A stretch of 64,000 nt of DNA from Marsupella aquatica (Eukaryota > Plantae > Marchantiophyta). Each line of letters begins with the position of its first letter. The first letter of the stretch is position 1. This document shows positions 37,566 through 48,977 of this stretch, in pieces. Location of the stretch: positions 21,086,152-21,150,151 of the forward strand of contig OZ316896.1 in the NCBI GenBank assembly GCA_973895155.1, read 5' to 3'. The notes beneath the pieces were generated by a model. That model was given only the letters and a program-made list of their open reading frames with translations, was not told the origin of the DNA and did no database searches. The translations under genes and the position numbers were made by a program.

Positions 37566-40500
37566 CTAGCCAGTGGTAAAAGGGATGAACGGGTCAATAT
37601 CCATGTTCTCCTGATGGGCACTTGGGTCATGAGAATAAGTGTAAGAATGGGAGTGAAAGTGTGTACTGGGAGTGGGGAAACCAAGAGGGTTGAGGGGTGA
37701 TGAGGGGCCAGTGGAATAGACTCCTTCATGAGGACTAGGAGAGAAAGATCTGGTAGTAAAGGCAGGAATCTCAGTATCAGCTAATAGCTCTTCTGTAGTC
37801 AAGTCACTCATCTCCCTTAAGGCTTCACAGGTCTTTGAGAGACCCGTAAGTGCATCATCCACCTTGGTACTCACATCTACCACTAAATGGTTAATCTTGG
37901 AGAAAAGGATGGGTGTGGTGTTCTTGGCCAAATACTCATCATAAATTTGGGCCTTAAGAAGATCCAGAGAAGCTATCTTAGTCAAAGGCTCAATCAGATC
38001 CAAAGATTGAGTGATACTGAGTTGGAGAGTATGCTCAAGCTCATTCTTCTCCTTACTCCTTTTCAACTGCTGTTTGAGTTCAGATACCTTCTTCTTGAGG
38101 AACTCATTCTCCTTCTCCAACTTCCTCTTATCTGTGGCATCACTCATGGTGGAGATCTTTTCAAGAATTTGCCCTGGTTTCACTCCTAACTTCTAAGAAA
38201 TGTCAGTGATGGCCTTCTCTATCACAGTGGTCTTCCTTTTCACCTTCTGGAATGTGTCTGAGATGATATGGAAATCAGCTAGGGTGTCTAGGGAGGCATG
38301 GCCGGGTGCATCCGGAAATTCAGCCGGGTCGACGAAGGCCGGGTCGGCAAAGTCCGGGTTGAGGTTCCGGGCAACAGACCAGGTCTTTCAAGGATTTGTC
38401 TCCGCTAGTTCCTCATCCTCACTGTCATCAGAGGTGACCTGGGTGATATCTGGATCTATCTCTCCATACTTTATGAAGTTGAACTTGGCCAATAGTAATT
38501 TCTTCTCCTCTCTAAACAAAACTCCTTCAAAGCTATATAGATGTACCAGGTAGCAGGAAAGGGGAGTAGGACTCTTATTGGATAGGTTTTGTACCACATC
38601 AAATCAAAGATAAGCTTAGCCTAGTTGACTTTTCTTTCCCCCTTGTAAGCAGCAACAATGGTAGAGCCAACTCCAACAGTAACTCTTCGTGGCTTCTCAG
38701 GATATAACAGGGGTAGCAGGAAGCTGAAGACTCATTTCAAATCAGGATCCAAACACTTAGAAACATTGAACCCGCCCTTACTGTTGATGGCTCCTTTGAA
38801 GTAAGGAAGGATTAGATTGACAGCTCTCCCCACTGGACCTTCTCCTTCATCTTCCAATACAAAAGCTCCTGCAACCATCATCTGAGTCCATCGCTCAGGT
38901 CGGTGTCGTGATAATTCAATTATTCATGATGAAATCATTACCACTAAGTATATTAGTAAGTATATAGGTTAGATTTATATTTTTTTACGGAGTAACTAAA
39001 TAATTTGACTATTACGTATGTGCATGCAAGGTAAGCAACTATGCAAACCACAAGTTGCATGCACAAATTGTTTGGATGCATGTACAAATTGTTTTATTTG
39101 CATGCAATAATCGTTTTATGTGCATGCAAGGTGAGCAAATGCGCAAGCCATAAGGTGCATGCACAAATTATTTTAGATGCATACAAATTGTTTTATTTGC
39201 ATGCATTAGTTGTTTTATGCGCATGCAAGGTGAGCAAATGTGCAAGCCACAAGGTGCATGCATGCACAAATTGTTTTAGGTGCATGCATTAGTTATTTTA
39301 CTTGCATGCATTATTTGTTTTGATTGCAATAGTACTAGCACACATTCCTACGTTGGATGTGTGCCACTTGGCTTTCATCCAAGCGTTTGGGCGTAATCCA
39401 TGCCCTCTTGGATTCAATATAAATAAAGTGGTGAGGGGCACTCTCTCCTCATTCCCACATTTTGATAATTTCCGCGTCGAAGCGATCCTCTTTTCTTCTC
39501 TCATCTTTTTCTTCTATTCTTTGCCTTATGTACATAGTAGTGGGGCATCCTTTGGCCCGGATAGCAAAGGAATGAGTGGTAGACTTATAAATGGGACCTC
39601 AGGGAACAAGGTCTCTTTGGGAACTTAGGGGTGGGGCATCCTTTGGCCCGGATAGCAAAAGAATAAGAGAGTCATTATGAATCAAGGAGGGAGAGATATC
39701 CCTAATCTTCCCCTTTGTAACCCATTTTTGGTTAGAGTCCATCTTTTAGACAAGCCATCCATGAGGCAACATTTAACTTATCACTTTGGAGCTCAATTTG
39801 CAACTGCTGTTATGAGTTCTAATAAGCCAATAGTATACCCAGTAGTGTCTTATCGAGAGGAGTGGGAGTGCATTATCTTTGTCCTTTATTGAAGTCATGG
39901 ATCTAAATAGGAGTCCATATGACATTCCTATCTCATTTTCTCTTGGAGATATTAGGATTGTATGTCGTAGAAAAATTAGTTTTCGAGATGTGTTGATCCG
40001 CAAGTATGGTGAAGTAGGATTTAATAGTATATTAGTTTCACCTGAACCTTTCTTAATACCCACCACCCTTCTTACAAGAGTTATCATTTTGGTTTTAGTG
40101 TAGAACTTATGGGCATGCAAGGTTGACTTCATAAGAGCCAACATGCTCTTACCAGAAAACACGGTCACCCGGACATTGGCCTCTGGAGGTATCCTTAAAC
40201 TCAGCCGGACACTCCTTGGATCGGATCTCTCTGATCATATCTTCGCTCTGATAACTCCAGGGTAGCTCCATCAGAGACTCATAGCCCATCCTGAGCAAAG
40301 ACTCCCTCAATTTGACCTTCTCAGCTTCATTGTCCGGAATAGCTGGCCTCAGAATTTTCATGGCAATGGGGACCTCCTTTCTCTTTGATCGTCTCACAGG
40401 GGTTTTAACCGAAGTAGGTGCAGGTGATGTTGAGGTTGAATGCCCCTTAGAAACGCGAGAAATGGACATTCCAGCTGGATCCGCCCCTTGCTCCATAGGA

Positions 40501-40890
40501 TTTCTGGAAGCAGAAAATTGATTTCTGGTAAATGGTCTGCCTCCTCTACGGCGAGCTCTACAATGATACGGCTTCAAAATATTCAATCTCTTCGGTGTCG
40601 ACCACTGGTACAAATGTCCGGGTCAACCTGGCAGCAGCGTTTTTGATCAACTGAAAATTGTTTCGGAAGAATTGCATCAAGATTTTGTCAACGATAATGC
40701 AGGGTCATCTAACGTGGGGAAAAGCTGGACTCAATCGGGCCTGCAATGGTGATGTCCGGGTCGACCTGGCCTCCATTCTCACAACCGATGTATCCACGAT
40801 CAGGATCTCAAACTTCTTGCCTTCACTTCCAGCGGTGGAGTAGGCATTCCCCTCACAACGAATCAGTCAGTACCCTCATATCCAGGCTCT
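37566..40890 (-). pseudogene. Decayed retroelement-associated accessory ORF (ORF-A: PMD/plant-transposon-like core plus coiled coil), split by a solo LTR
   Basis: Removing 38904-40175 and one TSD copy restores ...LRESLLRMGYESLMELPWSYQSEDMIREI...DTSRGRPERWTQMMVAGAF...FLLPLLYPEKPRRVTVGVGSTIVAAYKGERKVN*AKLIF...SPTPLSCYLVHLY... and then the coiled coil KRKLEKENEFLKKKVSELKQQL. The start position is approximate. Confidence 0.75.
38904..40175 (+). mobile_element. Solo LTR, family B, copy 1 (1272 bp) with RY (TGCATGCA) tandem array
   Basis: Termini TGTCGTG...CCGGACA. 4-bp TSD TCGG (38900-38903) / TTGG (40176-40179), whose removal restores the host reading frame. Three ~100-bp units at 39021-39310 and TATAAATA at 39418-39425. 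An inverted homologue lies at 62324-63695. Confidence 0.88.
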
Positions 40891-42311
40891 CATCATGCAA
40901 TGCAAGATTGGTCCTATAATCCGGACCCAAGATCCTCTACCAAAAGGGTAGAGCCTCCTCACTCTACTGCTTAAATAGCCTAATGCGCTCGGGAGCTCAA
41001 AACCTACTAAGTTTGGCTTTGAGAGTTATGAGAGGCCGGATCGACTCTCCTTCCTTATATCCGGATTCTGCTGTGGTCGTGCCTGTGTTTGACTTATGGT
41101 TTTAAAAACTTTGACAATGGACAGCTGTTGTTCAGTAGAGTCGCGGTATAAGCTTTTATATCTCATCACGACTTATAGTAAAAAGTTCCGGGTCGATCCT
41201 CCTTCTCTAATATCAATCCGGGTTGACCTCTGATGGGCTTAAAAGTCTCATACCACTTCAAAGTAGTCTTCAGGTCTCTCTTCAGCCTCATTTGAGATCT
41301 TAAACGTAAAAATTCTAAAATTTATGGTTAGTTAACCCTTCTTTCATAAACATCCTTATCTCACAACAGGCGACCATGTATGGATTCCTGGTGGCTCCAC
41401 ATAAGTGCAAAGTTACTTTGCTCAACTGATTAGTTGTCTTTTTTTCTTTTTCTTTTTTCCTTTTTTTTCAAAGAGGGGGAACCCCAAAAAATGGTAGCCC
41501 CGGGGACAAAGGCCACCCAGGGACGCAAAACCGCGGCCCACGGCAAAACAACGGCCAAGACACCACCACCACCAGGGGAACAAAAGCCAAAACGACCTAG
41601 TCGGGCCACGGGATCCTGTGATTCCACCCGACAGGGTCAACCTCCAAATACCAGGATTCTTGTGTAGTTCTAGATGACTGCTACCTTTCCTATAGCTATT
41701 CGTAAACCTCTCTCTACTCAAAGTACTATTTTGTGTAGGGCTCCTGAACTGACTCCTCCACCAAAACTTGTCATCGGTGTAGTTCTGGGACTCACATACT
41801 TGCATAGGGTTGAGCCCCAAGAGAAGATCCTTGTTATATGTCTGTGTCTTCATCACTGGTGGAACAAATGGAAACTGGTGTTTCAGTCTTCTCCTAGGGT
41901 TGAAGAACCACGTGCAATTGATCAATGGCTGTTCTAAGCTGTTTAATTTTCTTGGTGGACCGACACAGATCCAGCATGGCACACAGGTGGTTTTTCGTGA
42001 ACCAAAACACCCCCCAAGCGGGGAGACACCCAAGAAATTGCGAGTACGCCGCAGCGTTCCGTTCTCTCCAAATGTTGTTGCACATTTCAGTCAAGAGAAT
42101 AGCAAGCCCCAGATTTCTCTTCTGTGCACGGATAGCAGTGCTAATAGCTAGTTGCAAACAGGGAGTTGTGGCAAGTGGGGAAAGCGAATAATCCGTGGGT
42201 CAACTACCTCTCCAGTTCCACTGCCAACCAGTACAATCTTGCAAGTCTATCCATTCAAGACCAATACAACGAGTGAGAATCTCATAGAATTTGGTGAAAA
42301 CCTGTTGGCTG

Positions 42312-45300
42312 GGGTTCCGGCCAGTGTCAGAGTGAGAATTTGGGATGATATTGTGATATGGCAACCAATGACCTTTTGTAATATCCCTTATCATTGCTAT
42401 AAATGCAACAAGAAGGGTCATCTAGCTCGGAACTGCAGTGAGGAAGTCATAAAAGAGGTGCCAAAGGGGTTGAAGATGAGATTCCTGATGAGAAGGATGA
42501 CGAACGCCACTCGGAGGTGGATGCTGAGGAGGTGCAACGGGCTCTGGATAATGCCAAGGCCAGAGCGGAGTTTAGAGAGGCTCGAGCTTTGCCAAAGGAT
42601 AATACTCTTACAAATGTTGTGGAGGCCGATATGGTGTAGATTGAGCGACTGGTCACAGAGAACAATTGGATCAATGAATGGAATTTGGCCTCTTTCTCTC
42701 AACAATCAATTCCTGAGACCTATTAATAATGTGGCTGCTGGCATGATAACGATGACAAAATTGGACTTGCTTCCTCCAATGGTGGCGGGGAATGCAGTGG
42801 TGGATCCGGTTGTGGTGGCTTATTGGCTTGCATGTCGGAGTGAGTCCGGCCAAATTGGGTCCAGGCTTGATGTGCATGCTATGAGTTATGCTCCCCTAGT
42901 GAGAGAGATGTTGGGGAACACGGGACAACTCCGGGTTGTGGACTCTATTGGCAGGGAGGCAAGGGGCGAAGCATTCTCTTACCATGGGGATTCTGACGCC
43001 GAGATGTCAGAATATGAGACTTACATCTCCAATAGCAAACTTAAGGCGTGAGCACAAAAGCAGTCCGAACTACAAACTCCTCCCTCGGCTGCAAAGGACA
43101 AAATCAAAGGCAAATCCAAAAAACAACGTTCCCTAAGCTTATCACGTGGATGTTTGTCTGATGCAGGAGGCGGGGACAGACATCTCGAGGGACACAATAG
43201 CTTGGAGCGAGTTGAAGGATGGGAGAGGGGGGGAGTAAAGCGGGGGGATCCTTGCATTTAACCAGGGGAGGCTTGCTACAACTGAACCCTGTAGTTCTGG
43301 TATCTAGCAACCTCAAAGGTTTATCGGATACGGAGATGTCCCTCAGGGGGACGTGCTCGTATATAAAGGATTGGCAACTGAGAAGGAAGTGGGCCCAAAG
43401 GAGTGAGTTGGGGGGCAGGATGGGTGAACTACTTTCAATTGCGTCGTGGAATGTGTGCGGGTTATGTGAGACAAACCGAAAACATGTAGGTAAGCACTGG
43501 GTTAAATCAGTGCGAGCACCATTAAGTATTTTGGCGCTCCAAGAGGTGAAAGCTGAACAATTTTGGCTTGACATGGCTTTGAGAGTCATCCTCCCAACTT
43601 ACCAATTTTTCTCTTTGGCACTCGACAAAGGTAGGGGAGGCACTGCTCTTCTGGTACACCCGGATTTGAAGGTGGTGGAATTGGGGCAGCTGGACCGAGG
43701 AAGAGCAATTTGGGTGATATTGGAGGCAGAGGGAGGTACGATGGGTTTGGTGTCAATTTATGCTCCTAATTCAGCTGGAGAGCGAGCTGTGCTGTGGTAC
43801 GACCTCAAGTGTGGGCTACCCGTCGTGAATTGGATATTTTGTGGAGATTTTAACATGACTGAACTAAGGGAGGATGCAACGGGCAGCTCATCTCTCATAG
43901 GGGGCCAGGAGACTCAGTTCTGGCAATTTCTAAAGGTTCAATTTGACTTGGAGGATGTGTTTGTACTTAAAGGTGGGGTGGGGGCTAGATTTACCTGGCG
44001 AAGAACGTGGAATGGGGCATGGAGACAATCCCGACTTGATTGGTATTACATGAGTTATGGTTGGTGGCTGGGGGAACTTGTGGAGCTATGGCATGATGGA
44101 GGATCGGCTCTCTCTGATCATGACCCGGTCTTGCTCAAGATTCGGCTGATGGGGACCAGTTCAGGGGGAGAGAGAGGTAAAGCAAGATTTTTTAAGGCCA
44201 ATGCAACTCTTCTTAGGCGGAAGGAGGACTTGGAGCAACTAGAAAGGGCCTGGCGGGAGGGAGGAGTCAGAGGGTTTGTGGATCCTATTCTTCATTTTGC
44301 CAAGGCCAGTTTGCAATTGAGAAGCACATACAAAGAGCTTCAGGAGCGCCCAAAGGAGGCGGAGGAAGAATTGGCATTTCTAAGAGCAAAACTGCAGGCG
44401 CTTAAAATGGCTATTTTGGACACACAGACTGAGTCTGATATCTTTGACTATGTGTATATGGAGGATGCACTGCACGCTACAGAATTTGAGGAGGCCAATA
44501 GAGGACGCAGATTAGCTCGGGTGAAATGGCTCGGAGAAGGGGACAAATCTACAAAATTCTTCTTTGCCATGGTCGGTGCGAAACAAGCACGGGAAGCAAT
44601 GAAGCTGTTGATTAGGGAGGATGGAACTGTGATAACGGAGCCCAGGCTAATCCTAAAGGAAGTTCAATTAATGTGCTCGGCTTTATACTCACCTCCTGTT
44701 GTAACCTAGGAGGTAGGGGCGGAGCAACTTAGGGAATGGTCTAGGCTGCTGCAGCATACAAGGGGGTCTTTTTTGGTTGGGGAGATCAGGCGGATGGAGG
44801 CCGTGCCCTCGCTGAAGGAAGTAAAAGAAGTTTTATGGTTGCTACCGGGGGACAAATCCCCTGGCCCGGATGGATTGACAGCGGAGGTGTACCGGGCCTG
44901 CTGGGACTTTATTGGTTTGGACTTAGTGGAAATTATTCAAGCCTTCTGGCTTTCTGGTGATCTGGATAGGGGGGTCAAGGAGGGGATTATCAAATTCATT
45001 CCCAAGAAACCGGACAAACGGTTCCTTAAAGACTGGCGACCACTCACAATGCTAAACACAGTGTATAAGATCATTGCCAAAATTCTGGCTCTCCGGCTGA
45101 AACCACTATTGCAACAAATAATCAGTCCACAATAGACTGGATTTATCCCTGGTCATCACATTCTAGAGAACATCTCCCCCGACATCTCCCCAGCATGGAT
45201 GGCATGTGACTAGGTGCACAAGCAGAAGAAAGAAGCACTTTTTCTGAAGTTGGACTTTGAAAAAGCCTTTGAATTGATAGAGTCAACCACGAGTATATTT

Positions 45301-47567
45301 GGGAGACAATGCACTTGCTGGGCATTAGTGGCCGGTTCATTAAGTTAGTCCAAGCTCTTCTTAGCCAGACCTCACGGATTCTTGTGAATGGTTTCTGCTT
45401 AGGACCTATTGAATTGCAACGGGGAGTCCGCCAAGGATGTCCCCTATCGCCCTTGCTCTTTGTGATCTCAACGCAACCGCTGATGGACTTTCTTGATGCG
45501 GAGATGGTTCTTGATGCGGAGATGGCTGGGGGTAGGTTGAGCGGTACTAGAATTTCTGAGGGACTGACAATCTGTTACCGGCTATTTGCGGATGATGTGG
45601 GAATGTTTATCCCTGCCTCTCAGACAGCCTTCAAGGAGGCTACCTTGGCGTTGTCATGTTATGAGCTGGCATCGGGGGCACGACTGAACTTGCAGAAATC
45701 TGTTGTGATCCCGCTGGCCTTGGACCATCCCCTTGGGTGGCTTATTGAGTATGGTTGTCTGGTGAGTAGGGGAGGTCAGGTGCAAAAGTATCTTGGGGCA
45801 CCGCTAGGTGTTGGATTGCGGACGGAGCAACTCCATAAATTCTGTTTAGACAAAGTTGGTGCTCATCTGTCCACTTGGACAAACAAGATGCTTTCATTTA
45901 CCGGTCGTTCCTTATTAGTCAAACATGTGCTGCAGGCAATCCCCATTTATCATGTTATGCACTTCAAAGCTTCGGTTGCTTTGGCTAAGAAGTTGGTAGC
46001 CCTCAGCCAGGACTTTCTGTGGGGATATAATTCTTCGGGGGGGGGGGGAAGAAAATCCCTCTCATTGCATGGGCCAAGATGTCTTTGCCTAAGGTGGAAG
46101 GTGGCCTGGGATTCAAAGATTTCAAGAGCCACTCAGATGCCCTGCTTTCATAGTGGTTCATGAAGGCTTTGAATGCCCCAGAGCAGGAGCAGGCTAGAAT
46201 GCTTGAAGCGAATCTCTCCTTAATGGGTTGCATGAATTACAAAGTACTGCGCAGAAACCAATACTCATTCAAGGACAAGCTACTGTTGTGTTCCCCACAC
46301 ACTGGGGGTGGGCTTTCGTACACTATTGGCCTTTGGAAGGCTTGGGAGATGGTGAGGGCTCACCTCTCCTTTGAACCAGGGCATGGGGGAATTCCTGGTC
46401 GCTGGAGCATCCAAGACACCCTCCGGTGTATTGCTGGATATAATTCGCTGCCAAATTCAGAGATATTAGGAATTACTGCAATCTGTGGCAGACTAGGCAT
46501 CAGGAGTATCAGGGACGGTTGGTGCTCGGAAGGAGACTATTGGAAAGACCTCCCTATACGTTGGAATAACTTACGGGGGTTCTCTGAGGCGCTTAGAGGA
46601 TTGACACAAAGTCTTTTCTGGAGAAAATCTGGGGCATTGGCCCTTGCTCACTTGACTTTGAACCAGAGGCCAAGAGGTGGAGATGGGCAGATAAGGTTGA
46701 TCCCCGAAGGATTTCAGCATCGCTAATTGTAGGGTGTATGATTTCCTGCTACCAAAGGTGCTTGTCTTTGAGAGATTGAACTTCAGCTGGTCTCGGGCTT
46801 AGTCTGCATTGGAATGGAGTGAGAGATGGCACAGGCTGTGGGGATTGGATCTTTCAGTTTGTGATTGTTGGTGGCCTGTTTACTGGTGAGCGGGCGCTCA
46901 GGATCAAAGCAAGCACTGGGGATTGTAAGTGTTGCAGTGGGCTGCTGGAGTCGTTGTTGCACTTGTTCATTAGATGTGGGTTTGCTGTTAGATGCTGGCA
47001 GCTTTATCGCACGGGCAATGTTGGGGGGTCTTTGTTTGCCCCTAGGTGCATGAGGATCTGATGACTCTGGTGGATGACTCGTTGGGAAAGGATGTTGTTT
47101 GAACACTCAGTGAAGATCTTTATGTTGTACCAGATGTTGTGGATGGTTTGGAGGGCACGTAATGTGCACATGTTTCAGCCGGGTGGCAGACGCACCTTTG
47201 AGTTTGGATTGGTTCTCTGAGAGGCTGCTGATCATATGTTTGCGGTGAGCCGGCGTTTTCCGCAGGGTAGGAAACATGCTAGGATCTTACAGGCCAAAGA
47301 GTGGCTTGATGTGCACCGTAGACAGTGGCTATGTTCTGGTCAAAGGTGTTTCATCTCTTGGGCTGAGTAAGGCATCTGTTGGCCTTCACTGTGGGGGTGG
47401 TTGGTGCGGGGCCCCGGCTCGGCTGGGGTCTGTGTTTTGTTTCTTAGGGGTTGATTGCCCTTCTGGTAGGGTTTTTGTTTGTGTTTTCACTGGTTGTTAA
47501 TGGCTTGTTTGGCCTCCCTATCCGTGGGGCTTTCACGGTATTAAAATTTATTAAAAATCCATTCAAG
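42312..47567 (+). mobile_element. 5'-truncated L1-type LINE (end of ORF1 plus complete decayed ORF2) nested in the minus-strand LINE
   Basis: TSD GAAAACCTGTTGGCTG at 42296-42311 and 47568-47583. ORF1 zinc knuckle CYKCNKKGHLARNC, followed by ORF2 endonuclease, RT and zf-RVT. Confidence 0.93.
43420..47330 (+). pseudogene. LINE ORF2: AP endonuclease - reverse transcriptase - zf-RVT, with stops and frameshifts
   Basis: SWNVCGL, LQEVK, SIYAPN, GDFN, SRLD, SDHDPV (EEP endonuclease); KSPGPDG, WRPLTMLN, LKLDFEKAF, GVRQGCPLSPLLF, LFADD, KYLG (RT); CKCCSGLLESLLHLFIRC (zf-RVT). The end is approximate. Confidence 0.92.
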
Positions 47568-48932
47568 GAAAACCTGTTGGCTGTTGGTCCGACTACTGCG
47601 TACTCTATTGTGGAGCTCCGCATTGGCAATCCAACCATAAGTTGGGGAAAGATCAGAAAGATGTCAAATACCCCGAGAGGCCAGGTACTACTGTCTGAGT
47701 GCCACTCCATCGTCATCCACCATCTCTGTGGTTCTGAGGTAGAGCTGAGTGAATAGTTTGTTCAGTGGTTAGGGTCCGTGGAAGCTTACCAATGTTGAAG
47801 TTGAAATTGAGGTTTTGGCTCTTAGTGAACCATCCTTTTAGGAGTCCCTTCAGGGTCGGGGATCCTTTGATAGGAAGCTCATTGCTCAAGAGCAGCGCTT
47901 CGGCTGGTGACCACCAACGTCGTTCTTTCTTACGGGCCAGTTCTTAGTCCCTTCTTCACAATTGCAGTAGCCATCGTCACCCACTCCTTGTGCTCCCCAG
48001 TGAGAATTTTACTAATGTGTCTCATCTTCGGGGCCTGTGCTTGCTCGCTGAAGGGGACAATGCCGAGCCCACCGGTTCCTTTCACAGCGGTAATATCAGT
48101 CCAAGCAATGAGGGCTTTTTTGGCCCCCTTAGAGCGTGAGGGTCCCCATACAAACCTTCTGCAAATCTTTTCAAGTTCCCGATATCCGGTTAACTGCAGC
48201 TTGAGAATCATCAGATGATAGGTGGGCATGGCCCGGAGCACGTGTTTCAGAAGAATAGCCCTGCCCGCCATGGTCAGGCATCGGTTATTCCAGTGAAAAA
48301 GACGCTTCGGTCCTTATTTTCCCTGTCAGCAAGAAGCAATGTTCCTGGGAAGGACGCACCCTGTATCCAATGGGACACCCCAGGTATACAGTGATTTCCC
48401 CTTCCTTAGCAATCTTACATCTAGTGTTGGCTAGCCATCTAGGATAGATGCCTCCTTCGAAGAAAAGGGGGATGATCTTGGACTTGTGGATGTTTAGCAA
48501 CTCTCCGGAGATGATTTTGTATCGTTGAATCGTGTCTCTTGCAGTGTTGAATTCAGCTTCAGCTGCAGTTAGGAAAAGTCCAGTATCATTAGCAAAAGCT
48601 GATGACATAGGCTTTTCCCGTCACAAAGCTGAATGCCCTGCAAACTCCCCTCTGCAATTTTCTGCTTGATTAGGGCCATCAGGGGCTGGGTTGTGAGAGT
48701 GAAAAGCAGGGAGGACAGGGGGCAGCCTTGTCTCACCCCTCTCCCGAGTGTGATCTCCTTGCTGAACCTCCCATTAATGTGCACCTTGGACTTTGCATTC
48801 TCAACCAGGCCCCGGACCAGGGTGATCACTTTCTCATCAAAGTGCATCGCTCTCAGAACATCCCAGAGAAAAGAGTGAGCCACTCTATCATAGGCTTTAG
48901 TGAAGTCCAGTTTCAAAAAATGCTGTTTAATT

Positions 48933-48977
48933 CCCCCGTGAACTGAAACAATTTATAAAATGGCTACCATTCCAAGG
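48933..48977 (+). mobile_element. 45-bp extremely 5'-truncated LINE-like stub
   Basis: Flanked by an 18-bp direct repeat AAAAAATGCTGTTTAATT (48915-48932, 48978-48995). It ends CCATTCCAAGG, like the CCATTCAAG(G) end of the 42312-47567 LINE. Confidence 0.7.

Noticed and set aside
39019-39310. CRISPR-like appearance of regularly spaced palindromic repeats (also 18.2, 35.4 and 53.4 kb)
   Set aside because: The spacers are themselves repeated, there are no cas genes, and the context is eukaryotic. These are tandem repeats.
39773-40168. ORF apparently conserved with 62331-62630
   Set aside because: The conservation simply reflects two copies of the same LTR. Both strands are equally open, and copy 2 is cut short by an indel.
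36555-41368. Whole region as one TSD-bounded solo LTR
   Set aside because: The left end is CG rather than TG and the flanks GTTTC/GGCGA do not match. It is kept only as a hypothesis.
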